Source: an uncultured Candidatus Poseidoniales archaeon
Lineage (GTDB): Archaea; Thermoplasmatota; Poseidoniia; Poseidoniales; Poseidoniaceae
Length of the DNA stretch: 64,000 nucleotides
Assembly: GCA_902563095.1 (NCBI GenBank)
Contig: CACEWA010000005.1
Coordinates: 9,911 to 73,910 of the forward strand
Reading direction: 5' to 3'
The notes below the pieces were generated by a model. That model had not been told where the DNA came from. It did not search any database and worked only from the letters and a program-made list of their open reading frames with translations. Position numbers and translations under genes: made by a program. This document shows, in pieces, positions 55,483 to 64,000 of the stretch (position 1 is the first letter of the stretch; each line of letters starts with the position of its first letter).

Positions 55483-56175
55483 TTATAAGTCTAAATCATC
55501 ATCTAGTAATTCCGAGACTTCAGATTGAGCATCTTCCCACTCAGCACGGCCACGCTCTCTTTCTGCTATAGTAGCGGCTTCAACGACCTCTTTTAGTGAA
55601 TCTGGAGCTTTAGAAGCCACGCGTTCTGCCACAACCTTATCAGCCATCCCTCGGTCTTCACCAACACGGTCAGAACGGTCTACTGCGGCTATGGGGCGAC
55701 TTGGAATTGTACGGGCTCCATGATCAATATCTTCTGCTTGTAGAGAATCTGCCATGATGTCTAAGACCTCTTCTGGGGGCAACTCGTCTTTCCATGGGTT
55801 TTGATTTGCAACCGATTGAACTACGTTCTTCTTTTCTCGTTTAGCTTGGTTAGCAAATAATTCTCCAATATCTTCACTAGTAGGGAGTGGTTTTGTTTCA
55901 GCCATTTCATTCGCTAGAAATTGCTGCTCACGTAATACAGGCCCATGGACCTCATCGTGGTCGTATCGATTGGGATTGGCCGCCATGGCTAATAGGTCTC
56001 TAGCAAATTGGAATAATTCATCGGATTGAGGCGCTTTAGCAATTAATTCCCTCACCTTAGTGTGGTGGGTTATACATTTCCGGCACCTACTCGAGCCCGC
56101 AATATCTGGGGCGTCGCAGCGAAGGCAACAGGCTTGGAAACCCAAGTCCTTCATCGCTCTTCTCGGCATCGCCAT
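55483..56175 (-). CDS. hypothetical protein with N-terminal C4 zinc finger (230 aa)
   Basis: CLRCD...CRKC near the N-terminus, followed by acidic C-terminal regions. Divergent from the M50 protease gene. Confidence 0.4.
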   Translation of the reverse strand: MAMPRRAMKDLGFQACCLRCDAPDIAGSSRCRKCITHHTKVRELIAKAPQSDELFQFARDLLAMAANPNRYDHDEVHGPVLREQQFLANEMAETKPLPTSEDIGELFANQAKREKKNVVQSVANQNPWKDELPPEEVLDIMADSLQAEDIDHGARTIPSRPIAAVDRSDRVGEDRGMADKVVAERVASKAPDSLKEVVEAATIAERERGRAEWEDAQSEVSELLDDDLDL

Positions 56176-56378
56176 GTATTCTCCTAATCCCGGTCAGCAA
56201 AGAATGCTTTCGCGCGAGGCTTCAAAACCCACCGTGGTGAGAACCGGGTATGGCGAGAGACCCACGGGCCGACATCCTAGAGGACGACCTCTTCCCAAAA
56301 CAGAGTCCGCGAATACATCGTGTACACGCTCATAGGGCTGGCGATGGGACGATTCATTTCAATACAGGAGGAGGCTTC

Positions 56379-57146
56379 ATGGGAATTAACAATCGCCAAC
56401 CAGTCCAACTCCACAAGGGGAAAATATGGCACTTTAGCGATGAAGAAAAACGCCATCTTACACTTGCTACTGCAGCATTTACATTTGCTCTTGGACTATT
56501 GATGGCAGGAGGCATTTTGCGAATAAATGCTCAAGGTGGTCTTGAGCAATGGATTGCCATTGTTCTATTATCCATGCCTGTTATGTTAATTGCAGTTGGC
56601 CCTGCGTTTTTGTTACACGAAATAGGTCACAAAATTGTCGCTAAGAAATATGGTTGCTGGGCTGAATTTAGAGTAGACCCTAGTGGTTTAAAATTTGGAA
56701 TAGCCTTTGTTGCATTAACCGGATTTTTGTTCATGGCACCTGGTGCAGTAATGGTTGCAGGTTTAGTTACAAGAAGGCAAAACGGACATATTGCGATCGC
56801 CGGACCTGCTGTTAATTTTGGTCTATTTCTAATCGGCATACCGCTTGGTGGAATAATCCTTGGACTCACTGGTGCAACAGAATCAGCAGCTTACTTAGAA
56901 GCCGGTGCAATTAATTTGAAAGCAATGGTCTATGATGTTGTATTTTGGTGGGTTGCAGCCAATCTCGGATTGGGATTCTTCAATATGATTCCATTCGGAC
57001 CACTCGATGGTGCTAAAATCAAGGATTGGAGCGAACCGGTTTGGTTCTTTAGTTTCATGACATTTATTGTAATCATCTACATGTGGTGGACTGGAGTATT
57101 CAGTCCAATCGATGACGTTGCGTTACGAATTGCTGGATGGTTCTAA
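56379..57146 (+). CDS. site-2 protease family zinc metalloprotease (peptidase M50)
   Basis: HEIGH zinc-binding motif inside a TM helix, and the downstream NMIPFGPLDG (N..P...LDG) motif. Multiple TM helices. The start is placed at the Met 7 nt downstream of a GGAGG; the track ORF starts at 56250. Confidence 0.6.
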   Translation: MGINNRQPVQLHKGKIWHFSDEEKRHLTLATAAFTFALGLLMAGGILRINAQGGLEQWIAIVLLSMPVMLIAVGPAFLLHEIGHKIVAKKYGCWAEFRVDPSGLKFGIAFVALTGFLFMAPGAVMVAGLVTRRQNGHIAIAGPAVNFGLFLIGIPLGGIILGLTGATESAAYLEAGAINLKAMVYDVVFWWVAANLGLGFFNMIPFGPLDGAKIKDWSEPVWFFSFMTFIVIIYMWWTGVFSPIDDVALRIAGWF

Positions 57147-58925
57147 TCAACCTTCAAGATAAGCACTTCTTACTGGATTCTCATCCAAGTGGAAGAAGGA
57201 GTAAGTTGCCCACCAAGTAATTGTGTCAAGGGCATCTACTAGGTTACTAGTGCCACTTCTTTCTTCTCCGTAATCCTTGCCTGTTGTGTCCATCCAATCA
57301 ATCATCTCGTCAACAGTATCACAGGTTTGGTGGTAACACCAATATCCATCAACAAGTCCTCCGAATCCCATTGTTACAGTTCCGAGATTATCTTGGAAAC
57401 TTGCATGGTCTGAGCGGGCGGTCGTATCTTCATAGACAATAATTTCAGGCCTATCTTTTGCCAACCAATCGTCTACTTTCCAAGTACTTGAGTCATAACC
57501 GGTTCCAATCAATGTAGATGTTTGTTCTTCAACACCAATGGCATCAGAACCGATCCACAGTGCCAAATTAACCATTCCTGGCTGGTTCATAACATCATGA
57601 TCAAGACTTGGTCCAATGTAAACTCTCATCGGCCAAACTTCCTCGTCTTTTGGATAACCATCAGGGTCGATTTCCGGGTCCGGGTCACAGTTAGGCTCTC
57701 CGCCTCCATGGTTGCCGCCACAAGGCGCTCCACCGCCACCAGGCCAGTTAACTCCAGCCATATCTAGGTTCACGTAGTTGGTAACTTCGACGTCAGGGTT
57801 GTCTTCTTTGACCCATTCCTCGGTCCAGTAATCGCTACCTCTCTTGCCACCTTCTTCACCAGACCAAAGGCAGAAAACCATGGTATTTCTTGTACTGTAA
57901 CTAGCCATTGCTTCTGCAACAGTCAAAACCATACTGGTTCCAGCAGTGTTATCGTAAGCACCAACTCTTGTCCCGTAGGTTCTTTCACCGAGAACGTGGG
58001 GGGAAATCAATCCACCATTAATCGGTGGAGCAATGTCGAAATGGGCACCAAAAACCATCCATTTATCGGGGTTAACTTCACCGAATCTGTAACCACATAT
58101 GTTGTACGCTTCAGGATTTTGTTGTCCAGTATTAATTGAATCGTAAACGAATCTTTGATTGATAACTTCGAGACCGAAACCTTCGAGCTCTTTTATCAGA
58201 TATTGTGCCCCGTCCTCGTAAGCAGCATTACCTTGTCCTGCCCATCTATCCAAGTAACCCACAGCATTATCTTGTCCGCAACCTACCACTGTAAGGTCTG
58301 TACATGGGGTTTCATCTGACATGATGTTAATGTAATTCAAGACGGTCCTTCCATCTACCATCCCCATCGAGTGCCTGCCGCCTTCTGGTTCACTGTAAGC
58401 GGCAGCAAATGGCCTATCTATTCCTAGTCTAATTGCTACAACCTTTCCTCCATTATTATCTGAAGGTTGAACAGAATCAAGCGAGGTATTGGACGAAGTC
58501 CTCGAAATGCCCTGGTTGTCAGACTTGTCAAAACCGTCTCGCGCATACCAAGTTCTCCAAGATTCTGTGAGGTCGCGGATTGGCCAATCTTCTCTTCCGT
58601 ATTCTCCAACCATTACTACTGCAGTATCGGTCCTAGGAGGGGCTAGGACAGTAAGTTGTACCGATTCTCCAGCTTCTATGTCAACAACGGTGGAATTTTG
58701 CACAAAACCATCTTCAGGATTTAGTATCAAGTAAGGGACAAAGGCAGACAAATCAGAATCAGCAGCGATCGTTATTGCTTGAAATTCTCCACCAATCCAC
58801 GTGGCTGGAGTGACAACTACGTCTCCTTCAGAAACAGTAGAATCAACTTCTTCACCGAAGCAACCACTTAGTGGTGCAAGACAGAATAACAGAGCGAGAA
58901 AACCCGCTGTTATTGGCCGCTGCAT
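57147..58925 (-). CDS. secreted M28 family zinc aminopeptidase-like protein (paralog 1)
   Basis: The M28 metal-ligand motifs GAHFDIAPP, YDNTAGTSMVL, WSGEEGGKRGSDYW, and NLDMAGVN. The N-terminus MQRPITAGFLALLFCLAPLSGCFGEE is a signal peptide with lipobox-like LSGC. The track ORF extends to 59054. Confidence 0.7.
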   Translation of the reverse strand: MQRPITAGFLALLFCLAPLSGCFGEEVDSTVSEGDVVVTPATWIGGEFQAITIAADSDLSAFVPYLILNPEDGFVQNSTVVDIEAGESVQLTVLAPPRTDTAVVMVGEYGREDWPIRDLTESWRTWYARDGFDKSDNQGISRTSSNTSLDSVQPSDNNGGKVVAIRLGIDRPFAAAYSEPEGGRHSMGMVDGRTVLNYINIMSDETPCTDLTVVGCGQDNAVGYLDRWAGQGNAAYEDGAQYLIKELEGFGLEVINQRFVYDSINTGQQNPEAYNICGYRFGEVNPDKWMVFGAHFDIAPPINGGLISPHVLGERTYGTRVGAYDNTAGTSMVLTVAEAMASYSTRNTMVFCLWSGEEGGKRGSDYWTEEWVKEDNPDVEVTNYVNLDMAGVNWPGGGGAPCGGNHGGGEPNCDPDPEIDPDGYPKDEEVWPMRVYIGPSLDHDVMNQPGMVNLALWIGSDAIGVEEQTSTLIGTGYDSSTWKVDDWLAKDRPEIIVYEDTTARSDHASFQDNLGTVTMGFGGLVDGYWCYHQTCDTVDEMIDWMDTTGKDYGEERSGTSNLVDALDTITWWATYSFFHLDENPVRSAYLEG

Positions 58926-59174
58926 ATTACCCCGTAGATGCGACCCCTTCTCAATGCTACTATTAATTGCGAAATCAAGGGAGCAAAGGTTTGATAATCT
59001 TCTAAGTCCAATTATATCATGAGAATAATGGTAATCACAGCCCCACTTATTCATGAATTGCTAAGAAAGAAGAGATGCGCTAAAGGCGTTTGCCGCCCAA
59101 CAAGAACAAGTTATCTATGGGCAAAAATGGTAAGGTCTGAACAAGAAGATAAAACTCCGGTAATCGAAGGGTAA

Positions 59175-59912
59175 TCACTCATTCATCAATTCTTGATTAA
59201 TCATGAAAAATTGACTTCCTAATATCCCAATTAAGGCGATAGTGAAGAAACTCGGCCATGGAAAGCCCCCTTCTAGTCCAAGCATAACTAAAATTCCAAT
59301 TAGAATAAACACGTATCCAGCAATAGCACAAATTAGTGGGATTAACGATGTATGCCAACGATAGTGATATGCGCGATAAGCCATTTCCATACTTATTTCG
59401 AGGCTACCCGAATCCATCATGTGAAGCATCAGCCTAAACGCTACATGAGCAATTTGAGAAATAACCGCAACCAGTGTTAGAATCATGAAAATAATTCCAG
59501 TGATTGCAATAATTCCTCCCTCTGGTTCACCGAACATAGAGAACCAACTAAAAAACTCTGTGAATCCGAATCCAGAAGCCCGAATTCCGAAAGGAGTAAT
59601 CTCGAAAAATCCACCTAGTGTAATCCAACTTGCGAATAGCCCGATAATCAACATCAAAGCACCTGTGCCATGTAGGGCGTGGGATAACGCAACAATTCCA
59701 CTCATCGGTTCTGTAGCAGATTTTGCTACGGCTTTTGGGGTTTCACCCCACTCGAATTCTCCGTCACAGACAGGACAAGAAAATTCTCCATAAGCATCGT
59801 CATCAAGTTCGATTTCCGCGTCACAATGGGGACAAAGAATTTCTACCATACAACAAACCATGAGAGGTATGTAAAGAACATTGGCCCGTTTTTGAAATCG
59901 GTTACGAATCAC
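59175..59912 (-). CDS. membrane protein with N-terminal zinc ribbon (hypothetical)
   Basis: CPHCDAEIELDDDAYGEFSCPVCDG (C-x2-C-x16-C-x2-C) is followed by about 5 hydrophobic helices. It sits between the two M28 paralogs on the same strand. Confidence 0.5.
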   Translation of the reverse strand: MIRNRFQKRANVLYIPLMVCCMVEILCPHCDAEIELDDDAYGEFSCPVCDGEFEWGETPKAVAKSATEPMSGIVALSHALHGTGALMLIIGLFASWITLGGFFEITPFGIRASGFGFTEFFSWFSMFGEPEGGIIAITGIIFMILTLVAVISQIAHVAFRLMLHMMDSGSLEISMEMAYRAYHYRWHTSLIPLICAIAGYVFILIGILVMLGLEGGFPWPSFFTIALIGILGSQFFMINQELMNE

Positions 59913-61501
59913 AACTCATTAGGAACTGGCGTTTGGTCCATATGAAGGAAAGCATAGACTGCCCACCATGTAACGATGTCCCATGAATGAACAAGATTGT
60001 TAATTCCTGTAGAATCATCTGTGCCCATGTATTCAATCATAGTCTCCATCGTATCGCATTCACGGTGATAGCAAGGGTATCCATCTACCAACCCGTTCCA
60101 CCCCAGAGTGGCCACGCCGATGTTTTGGAACGAATCATGGTCACTTCGGGCCGTTGGTGATTCGTAAATCGCCACAGTATCTTCATAGATATCTCCCCAA
60201 AGTGGACTTTCTCCATCTGCGGCCCAGGCCTCTCTTCCACGCTCAATTTCATATCCAAGATCTAGTGCATCAGCGCCAATCCATTCTGCTAGATAGTACA
60301 TTCCGGGTTGGTCTATCACATCCCCAGTTCCATCCGGCCCTAAATAAACAGACAGAGCATAATCGCCAGGGTAATTGACTCCAGCCATATCCAAATTGAG
60401 ATAGTTGCTTACTGTAATTCCATCAGGCAGGTCGTTAGCGAAAGAACGCGACCCCCACAAACCTTCTTCTTCAGAAGACCATAAACAGAACACCATGGTT
60501 CTCCTTGCATCAAATTCAGCAAGGACCTTTGCAGTACTCAAAACCATACTTGAACCAGCCGCGTTATCGTAAGCACCATGTCTGGTGCCGTAGCCGGGAA
60601 CACCAATTTCTGCACCCGGAGTGTAAGCTACAGGAGGGGCGATGTCAAAGTGAGCGCCGAAAATAAGCCACTCGTCTGGATAGACTGAACCGTCCTTGTA
60701 TCCACAAATATTGACTGCCCACGCAGTATTCCATTGGAACCGGTGTACTTCTACTCGGTCTAACCCATATCCTTGCATTACCCCTTCAAAGTAAGTTATT
60801 GCATGTTCATAGGAGGGATTTGCATTACCAATCCAACGGTCTAGATATCCTACAGCACCATCAGGTCCACAAGTTGCACAAGGGGTGTCGTCTGCAATGA
60901 AATCAACCCATTCGTATACATCTCGGCCATTCACCCAGCCCCCGCTTGCGCCAACACCATCGGCCTCTGTTAGGTCGGATCTCTGGTCACGAATAGTTTC
61001 AAGCGATTTGATGACAACATCTCCTCCGCTTTGGTTGGCAGGAACAATCCATTTCCATTCTCCACCAGCATCTTCGTTGTCAGTCGCCATTATTGCTGCT
61101 GAACCTTCAGTTTGACCACCAGCCCAAGCCGCCCACGAAACATCAGGTGCACGAATTGGCCAATTTTCTCGTCCATGGTCCCCAATTAGGAATATGACAT
61201 CCGAGTTTCTTGGTGGGAACAAGACGTTCAGCGATACAGATTCCCCGTCTTTGAGGTCAAAGACGGTTCCGTTTTGAGCTCTCATCGATCCTGGGTCTTG
61301 AACAAAATACGGAACAAACACACTCATTGCAGCATCTGCTTTTAGTGTAATCACAGACCATTCTCCACCAGGAATAATAGATGGAGATACCTTCAAATCA
61401 CTTTCAGAAATTTCCTCAGGAGGGCTATCTTCTCCGAAACAACCGGAGAGGGGCGCAAGGCACATCACGGCCACCATCAGCAAAGCGCGCATCACATCCA
61501 T
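59909..61501 (-). CDS. secreted M28 family zinc aminopeptidase-like protein (paralog 2)
   Basis: The same motif set as paralog 1: GAHFDIAPP, YDNAAGSSMVL, WSSEEEGLWGS, and NLDMAGVN. The N-terminus MDVMRALLMVAVMCLAPLSGCFGED is a signal peptide. The track ORF extends to 61600. Confidence 0.7.
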   Translation of the reverse strand: MDVMRALLMVAVMCLAPLSGCFGEDSPPEEISESDLKVSPSIIPGGEWSVITLKADAAMSVFVPYFVQDPGSMRAQNGTVFDLKDGESVSLNVLFPPRNSDVIFLIGDHGRENWPIRAPDVSWAAWAGGQTEGSAAIMATDNEDAGGEWKWIVPANQSGGDVVIKSLETIRDQRSDLTEADGVGASGGWVNGRDVYEWVDFIADDTPCATCGPDGAVGYLDRWIGNANPSYEHAITYFEGVMQGYGLDRVEVHRFQWNTAWAVNICGYKDGSVYPDEWLIFGAHFDIAPPVAYTPGAEIGVPGYGTRHGAYDNAAGSSMVLSTAKVLAEFDARRTMVFCLWSSEEEGLWGSRSFANDLPDGITVSNYLNLDMAGVNYPGDYALSVYLGPDGTGDVIDQPGMYYLAEWIGADALDLGYEIERGREAWAADGESPLWGDIYEDTVAIYESPTARSDHDSFQNIGVATLGWNGLVDGYPCYHRECDTMETMIEYMGTDDSTGINNLVHSWDIVTWWAVYAFLHMDQTPVPNEL

Positions 61502-61622
61502 GCACACTCCGAGAACTACCCTATTGTTGAATGATATGGTTACATTCTCATTTCCGGTGTATGGAATACACTTTCCGCTTACAGGATAAGGGTTATACAC
61601 AGACCATCGGCCCGATTAATCG

Positions 61623-62432
61623 ATGGCGACTGTTCGGTTGGACCAAAAATCCCGGGCACTAGTCCGGGCAATACCCAACTCCTATTCACGGGCATTGGCT
61701 AATTTTTTCGGAACCGGTCCAACAGACATCGAGTTAGCGAAAACACACCACGCTGCATATGTGGAGGCATTGACTTCTAACGGAGTTGAAGTTACAGTAC
61801 TGGAAGCAGACGACAATCATCCGGACTGCATTTTCGTTGAAGATCAAGCAGTAGTTATTGACGGACATGTCCTTCTTCCAGTCCCTGGGCACGAATCTAG
61901 AAGGGGAGAACAGCCACCAATTACAGAATTTCTCTCTGATGAATTAGAAGGTCATCAAATCTGCAAAATGGAACCTCCTGCAATGATGGATGGAGGAGAT
62001 ATTCTCCGCTTGGGTAACCTGTTCTTTGTAGGGCGTTCAACTAGAACAAACGATGCTGGTATCGATGAGCTAAGAGACTTACTCAAACACCTTGGACATG
62101 AGTTAAGAGTGGTTGACATTCCTTCACAAGCATTACACTTGACAAGTATCTGTTCAACCCCCTCAGATCAGATTATTCTAGCACCCGAAGGTTACATTAC
62201 TCCAGAATCATTTGGCGAAATGCCTGAAGGATGTGAAGTAATTATGATGCCAGAAGAAGAGGTGTATGGCTGTAACACAATCGGACTTCCTGGCAATAAG
62301 GTAATCATTGCAGACGGGTATCCAACTGTTAGAAAAACACTCGAAGAGAAAGGCTTCGAATGCATAGTGTTAGACATGGGCCAAATTAGGGCCGCAGACG
62401 GCTCACTGACTTGCTGTTCAATATTCTACTAA
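61623..62432 (+). CDS. amidinotransferase superfamily protein, dimethylarginine dimethylaminohydrolase (DDAH)-like
   Basis: The 269-aa length and the C-terminal catalytic-Cys region ADGSLTCCSIFY are typical of DDAH/arginine deiminase-type enzymes. Internal His and Asp are consistent with the family. Confidence 0.55.
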   Translation: MATVRLDQKSRALVRAIPNSYSRALANFFGTGPTDIELAKTHHAAYVEALTSNGVEVTVLEADDNHPDCIFVEDQAVVIDGHVLLPVPGHESRRGEQPPITEFLSDELEGHQICKMEPPAMMDGGDILRLGNLFFVGRSTRTNDAGIDELRDLLKHLGHELRVVDIPSQALHLTSICSTPSDQIILAPEGYITPESFGEMPEGCEVIMMPEEEVYGCNTIGLPGNKVIIADGYPTVRKTLEEKGFECIVLDMGQIRAADGSLTCCSIFY

Positions 62433-62479
62433 AATCTACCAAGCGTTTTGATATACGCGCGCTAGGTGGCAAAGATGCT

Positions 62480-62566
62480 GCAGGGGTTGCCAAGCTTGGT
62501 CAACGGCGCTGGGATGAGGTCCCAGTCTCTATGAGTTCGCAGGTTCAAATCCTGCCCTCTGCACCA
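62480..62566 (+). tRNA. tRNA-Leu (anticodon GAG), class II with long variable arm, CCA encoded
   Basis: Acceptor GCAGGGG/CCTCTGC with one G-U pair. Anticodon stem CTGGG/CCCAG with loop ATGAGGT. The long extra arm is about 13 nt. T-arm GCAGG-TTCAAAT-CCTGC. Discriminator A, then CCA. Confidence 0.7.
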
Positions 62567-62621
62567 ATTTTTTTGACGCAATGGATGATATACATCGTAT
62601 TACAACGGGAGAATAGGTGTA

Positions 62622-63002
62622 ATGATGGCCTCTTTTAGAATATGCTCGAACTGCTACGGAACCCAAGTTTATCCGTACATGGGGTTCATGACAGGAGAGA
62701 AATATCAATGCCAAGAATGCGATGAGATACTAGTTATGCCAATCGAGTTCGATAACGTTGAGGATTATCTTAACTTTCTCAAAGTACAAAGTCCAGAGAA
62801 ATTCAAAGAGATCAAAGGAAATTTCAAAGTTGAAGAATCTGAAAAAGACACACCTGATGCACCGCAATTAGATTCACAACCACCTTCTGGTAATGAGAAA
62901 CTATCTCACCTTTGCATTTTCGAAGGGTGCCAGAAAGGAAAAAGAAGTGGGACAGATTACTGTCGAAAACACTGGCTCGAAGGACACGATGTTGAATTCT
63001 GA
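62622..63002 (+). CDS. hypothetical Cys-rich zinc-finger protein (126 aa)
   Basis: CSNC...CQEC near the N-terminus, and C..C...C..H (CIFEGCQKG...CRKHW) at the C-terminus. Confidence 0.4.
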   Translation: MMASFRICSNCYGTQVYPYMGFMTGEKYQCQECDEILVMPIEFDNVEDYLNFLKVQSPEKFKEIKGNFKVEESEKDTPDAPQLDSQPPSGNEKLSHLCIFEGCQKGKRSGTDYCRKHWLEGHDVEF

Positions 63003-63065
63003 ATTATTCTAATGGTCGATAATTCAGGGTCATGATTATTGAGTTAGACTGTCCCCCCCTGGGCG

Positions 63066-64000
63066 ATGAAGATGTTTAAAATCGAATCTATGCCCGCTAA
63101 AATATGCCTTGGAATTTCAGCATTCCTTTTGTTAATATATTCAATGAGTTTCATGTTTTTCGCTACAGAATATGTAACTGGTGGAGACACTGGATTTTCT
63201 TTAATCAATAATGGTCTAGCAGGAGTTGAAAGCGATGAAGCATATGGCCACGGAGGCCCAGAATCCGCATTCAACGGGGTATTGTTCTTTGGTATTTTCA
63301 TATCAACAATGCTTATTCTATTCGAAGGCGCAAAGGGTAAGTGGAGAATTATGCTACCTGTTACAATAGGTATGGCAACAATGTCCGCCTGCATTTGGGC
63401 ATATTGGAACCCAGATAGCGCAGCTAGCGACACGCCAAAATACGTTTCAATTTTGGTTACGTTAGTTTACTTTGCAGCCTACATGTTCCTTCGGGAGGAA
63501 GGAGTTAATGACGGATTATCAGATTTCAAACCAGGGTTGAAAGTAAAAGATAAGATCGCAATGTCAGCGCTTATTTTGCTCGTAATAGCAGGATTATACT
63601 ATTCTCTACGCATGATTTTCACGCCAGATGAAGTAATCTCTCAAGGCTTCCCTTCAGATTTGTCTGATGATTTAGACAAATTAGGACTGGGGGCGCCATT
63701 ACCTACTACGGTTTCAGTAACTGGAGCAATGCTCCTAATATACACACTTTGGTCTGCATTAGTGCTAATGGAAGGGGCCTCTGGAAAGTGGACAATTATG
63801 CACCCTTCAGCAATGGCATTTGTTGCAGCAACAGTCACAACATATGTCGGACTTGTTGCCGGCACCGCTCGTTTAGCAAGCGACAACAACCGAGCGGATA
63901 TTTTGACGATACCGGTGATTATGTTATTGGTTTTAATCAGTTATTATCGACTTAAGAAAGAGGGCATGGAAGATGAAATGACATTCATGGGAGAGCCAGC
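63066..64000 (+). CDS. hypothetical polytopic membrane protein with an internal duplication, partial (3' end beyond the window)
   Basis: Hand-translated stop-free frame of more than 310 codons from the ATG at 63066 to the window end. It is not in the ORF track because no stop falls in the window. The two halves share F/MEGAxGKWxIM(L/H)P. Multiple hydrophobic helices. Confidence 0.5.
   Translation, partial: MKMFKIESMPAKICLGISAFLLLIYSMSFMFFATEYVTGGDTGFSLINNGLAGVESDEAYGHGGPESAFNGVLFFGIFISTMLILFEGAKGKWRIMLPVTIGMATMSACIWAYWNPDSAASDTPKYVSILVTLVYFAAYMFLREEGVNDGLSDFKPGLKVKDKIAMSALILLVIAGLYYSLRMIFTPDEVISQGFPSDLSDDLDKLGLGAPLPTTVSVTGAMLLIYTLWSALVLMEGASGKWTIMHPSAMAFVAATVTTYVGLVAGTARLASDNNRADILTIPVIMLLVLISYYRLKKEGMEDEMTFMGEP

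Noticed and set aside
62411-62638. 75-aa plus-strand ORF
   Set aside because: It overlaps the well-folded tRNA-Leu (62480..62566), so it is almost certainly not coding.
63044-63955. Track ORFs 63044..63433 (-), 63641..63889 (-) and 63749..63955 (+)
   Set aside because: A single stop-free plus-strand frame of more than 930 nt from 63066 to the window end, encoding a coherent membrane protein, explains the region better. These short ORFs are antisense or out of frame to it.
1-64000. CRISPR arrays, rRNA genes, IS elements, integrases, prophage
   Set aside because: I looked for regularly spaced direct repeats, rRNA-like conserved stretches, and transposase or integrase motifs (DDE, tyrosine recombinase R..H..R..Y). 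None were found.

Overview
This 64 kb window reads as a chromosomal segment from an archaeon.

Several archaeal hallmark genes appear in their usual context: ribosomal protein LX, prefoldin alpha and FtsY in the conserved order, a replication factor C subunit, diphthine synthase, a Trm5/Taw2-type tRNA methyltransferase, an RpoP-like zinc ribbon, GGGP synthase and a geranylgeranyl reductase.

These are mixed with many genes of bacterial type: UvrA, an RluA pseudouridine synthase, a type II glutamine synthetase, a PlsC-like acyltransferase, and M28, S15 and S8 secreted peptidases. The encoded proteins are acidic and GC looks moderate by eye.

This mosaic matches what is described for marine planktonic Thermoplasmatota (Marine Group II, Poseidoniales-like). 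That lineage call is inference from the sequence, not a database hit.

I call about 65 protein-coding genes and 3 tRNAs: Arg-CCT, Asp-GTC and Leu-GAG. I found no rRNA, no CRISPR array, and no transposase or integrase.

The gene content falls into a few groups:
- Housekeeping: guaAA, pyrF, purS-purL fusion plus purQ, moeA, alaX, and an Lrp regulator divergent from a MetB-like gene.
- Lipid biosynthesis: GGGPS, GGR, a short GGR/FixC-like flavoprotein with an adjacent ferredoxin, and a bacterial-type acyltransferase operon.
- Many secreted or surface proteins.

The candidates I rate most worth a second look are:
- An actin-fold ATPase followed directly by a 430-aa coiled-coil protein (37500..39847).
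- A membrane-tethered receiver-domain protein, plus an uncharacterised acidic protein, appended to the rplX-pfdA-ftsY cluster.
- A class II aldolase domain fused to a long acidic, Pro/Gly-repeat region that is built from tandem DNA repeats.
- An extremely Met-rich membrane protein.
- A NERD-domain protein.
- A tandem PurS-PurS-PurL fusion.
- Paralogous M28 peptidases that share an N-terminal lipobox-like motif with an S15 peptidase.

Two long ORFs that run off the window edges are absent from the supplied ORF track and are added here: 1..3527 on the minus strand and 63066..64000 on the plus strand.
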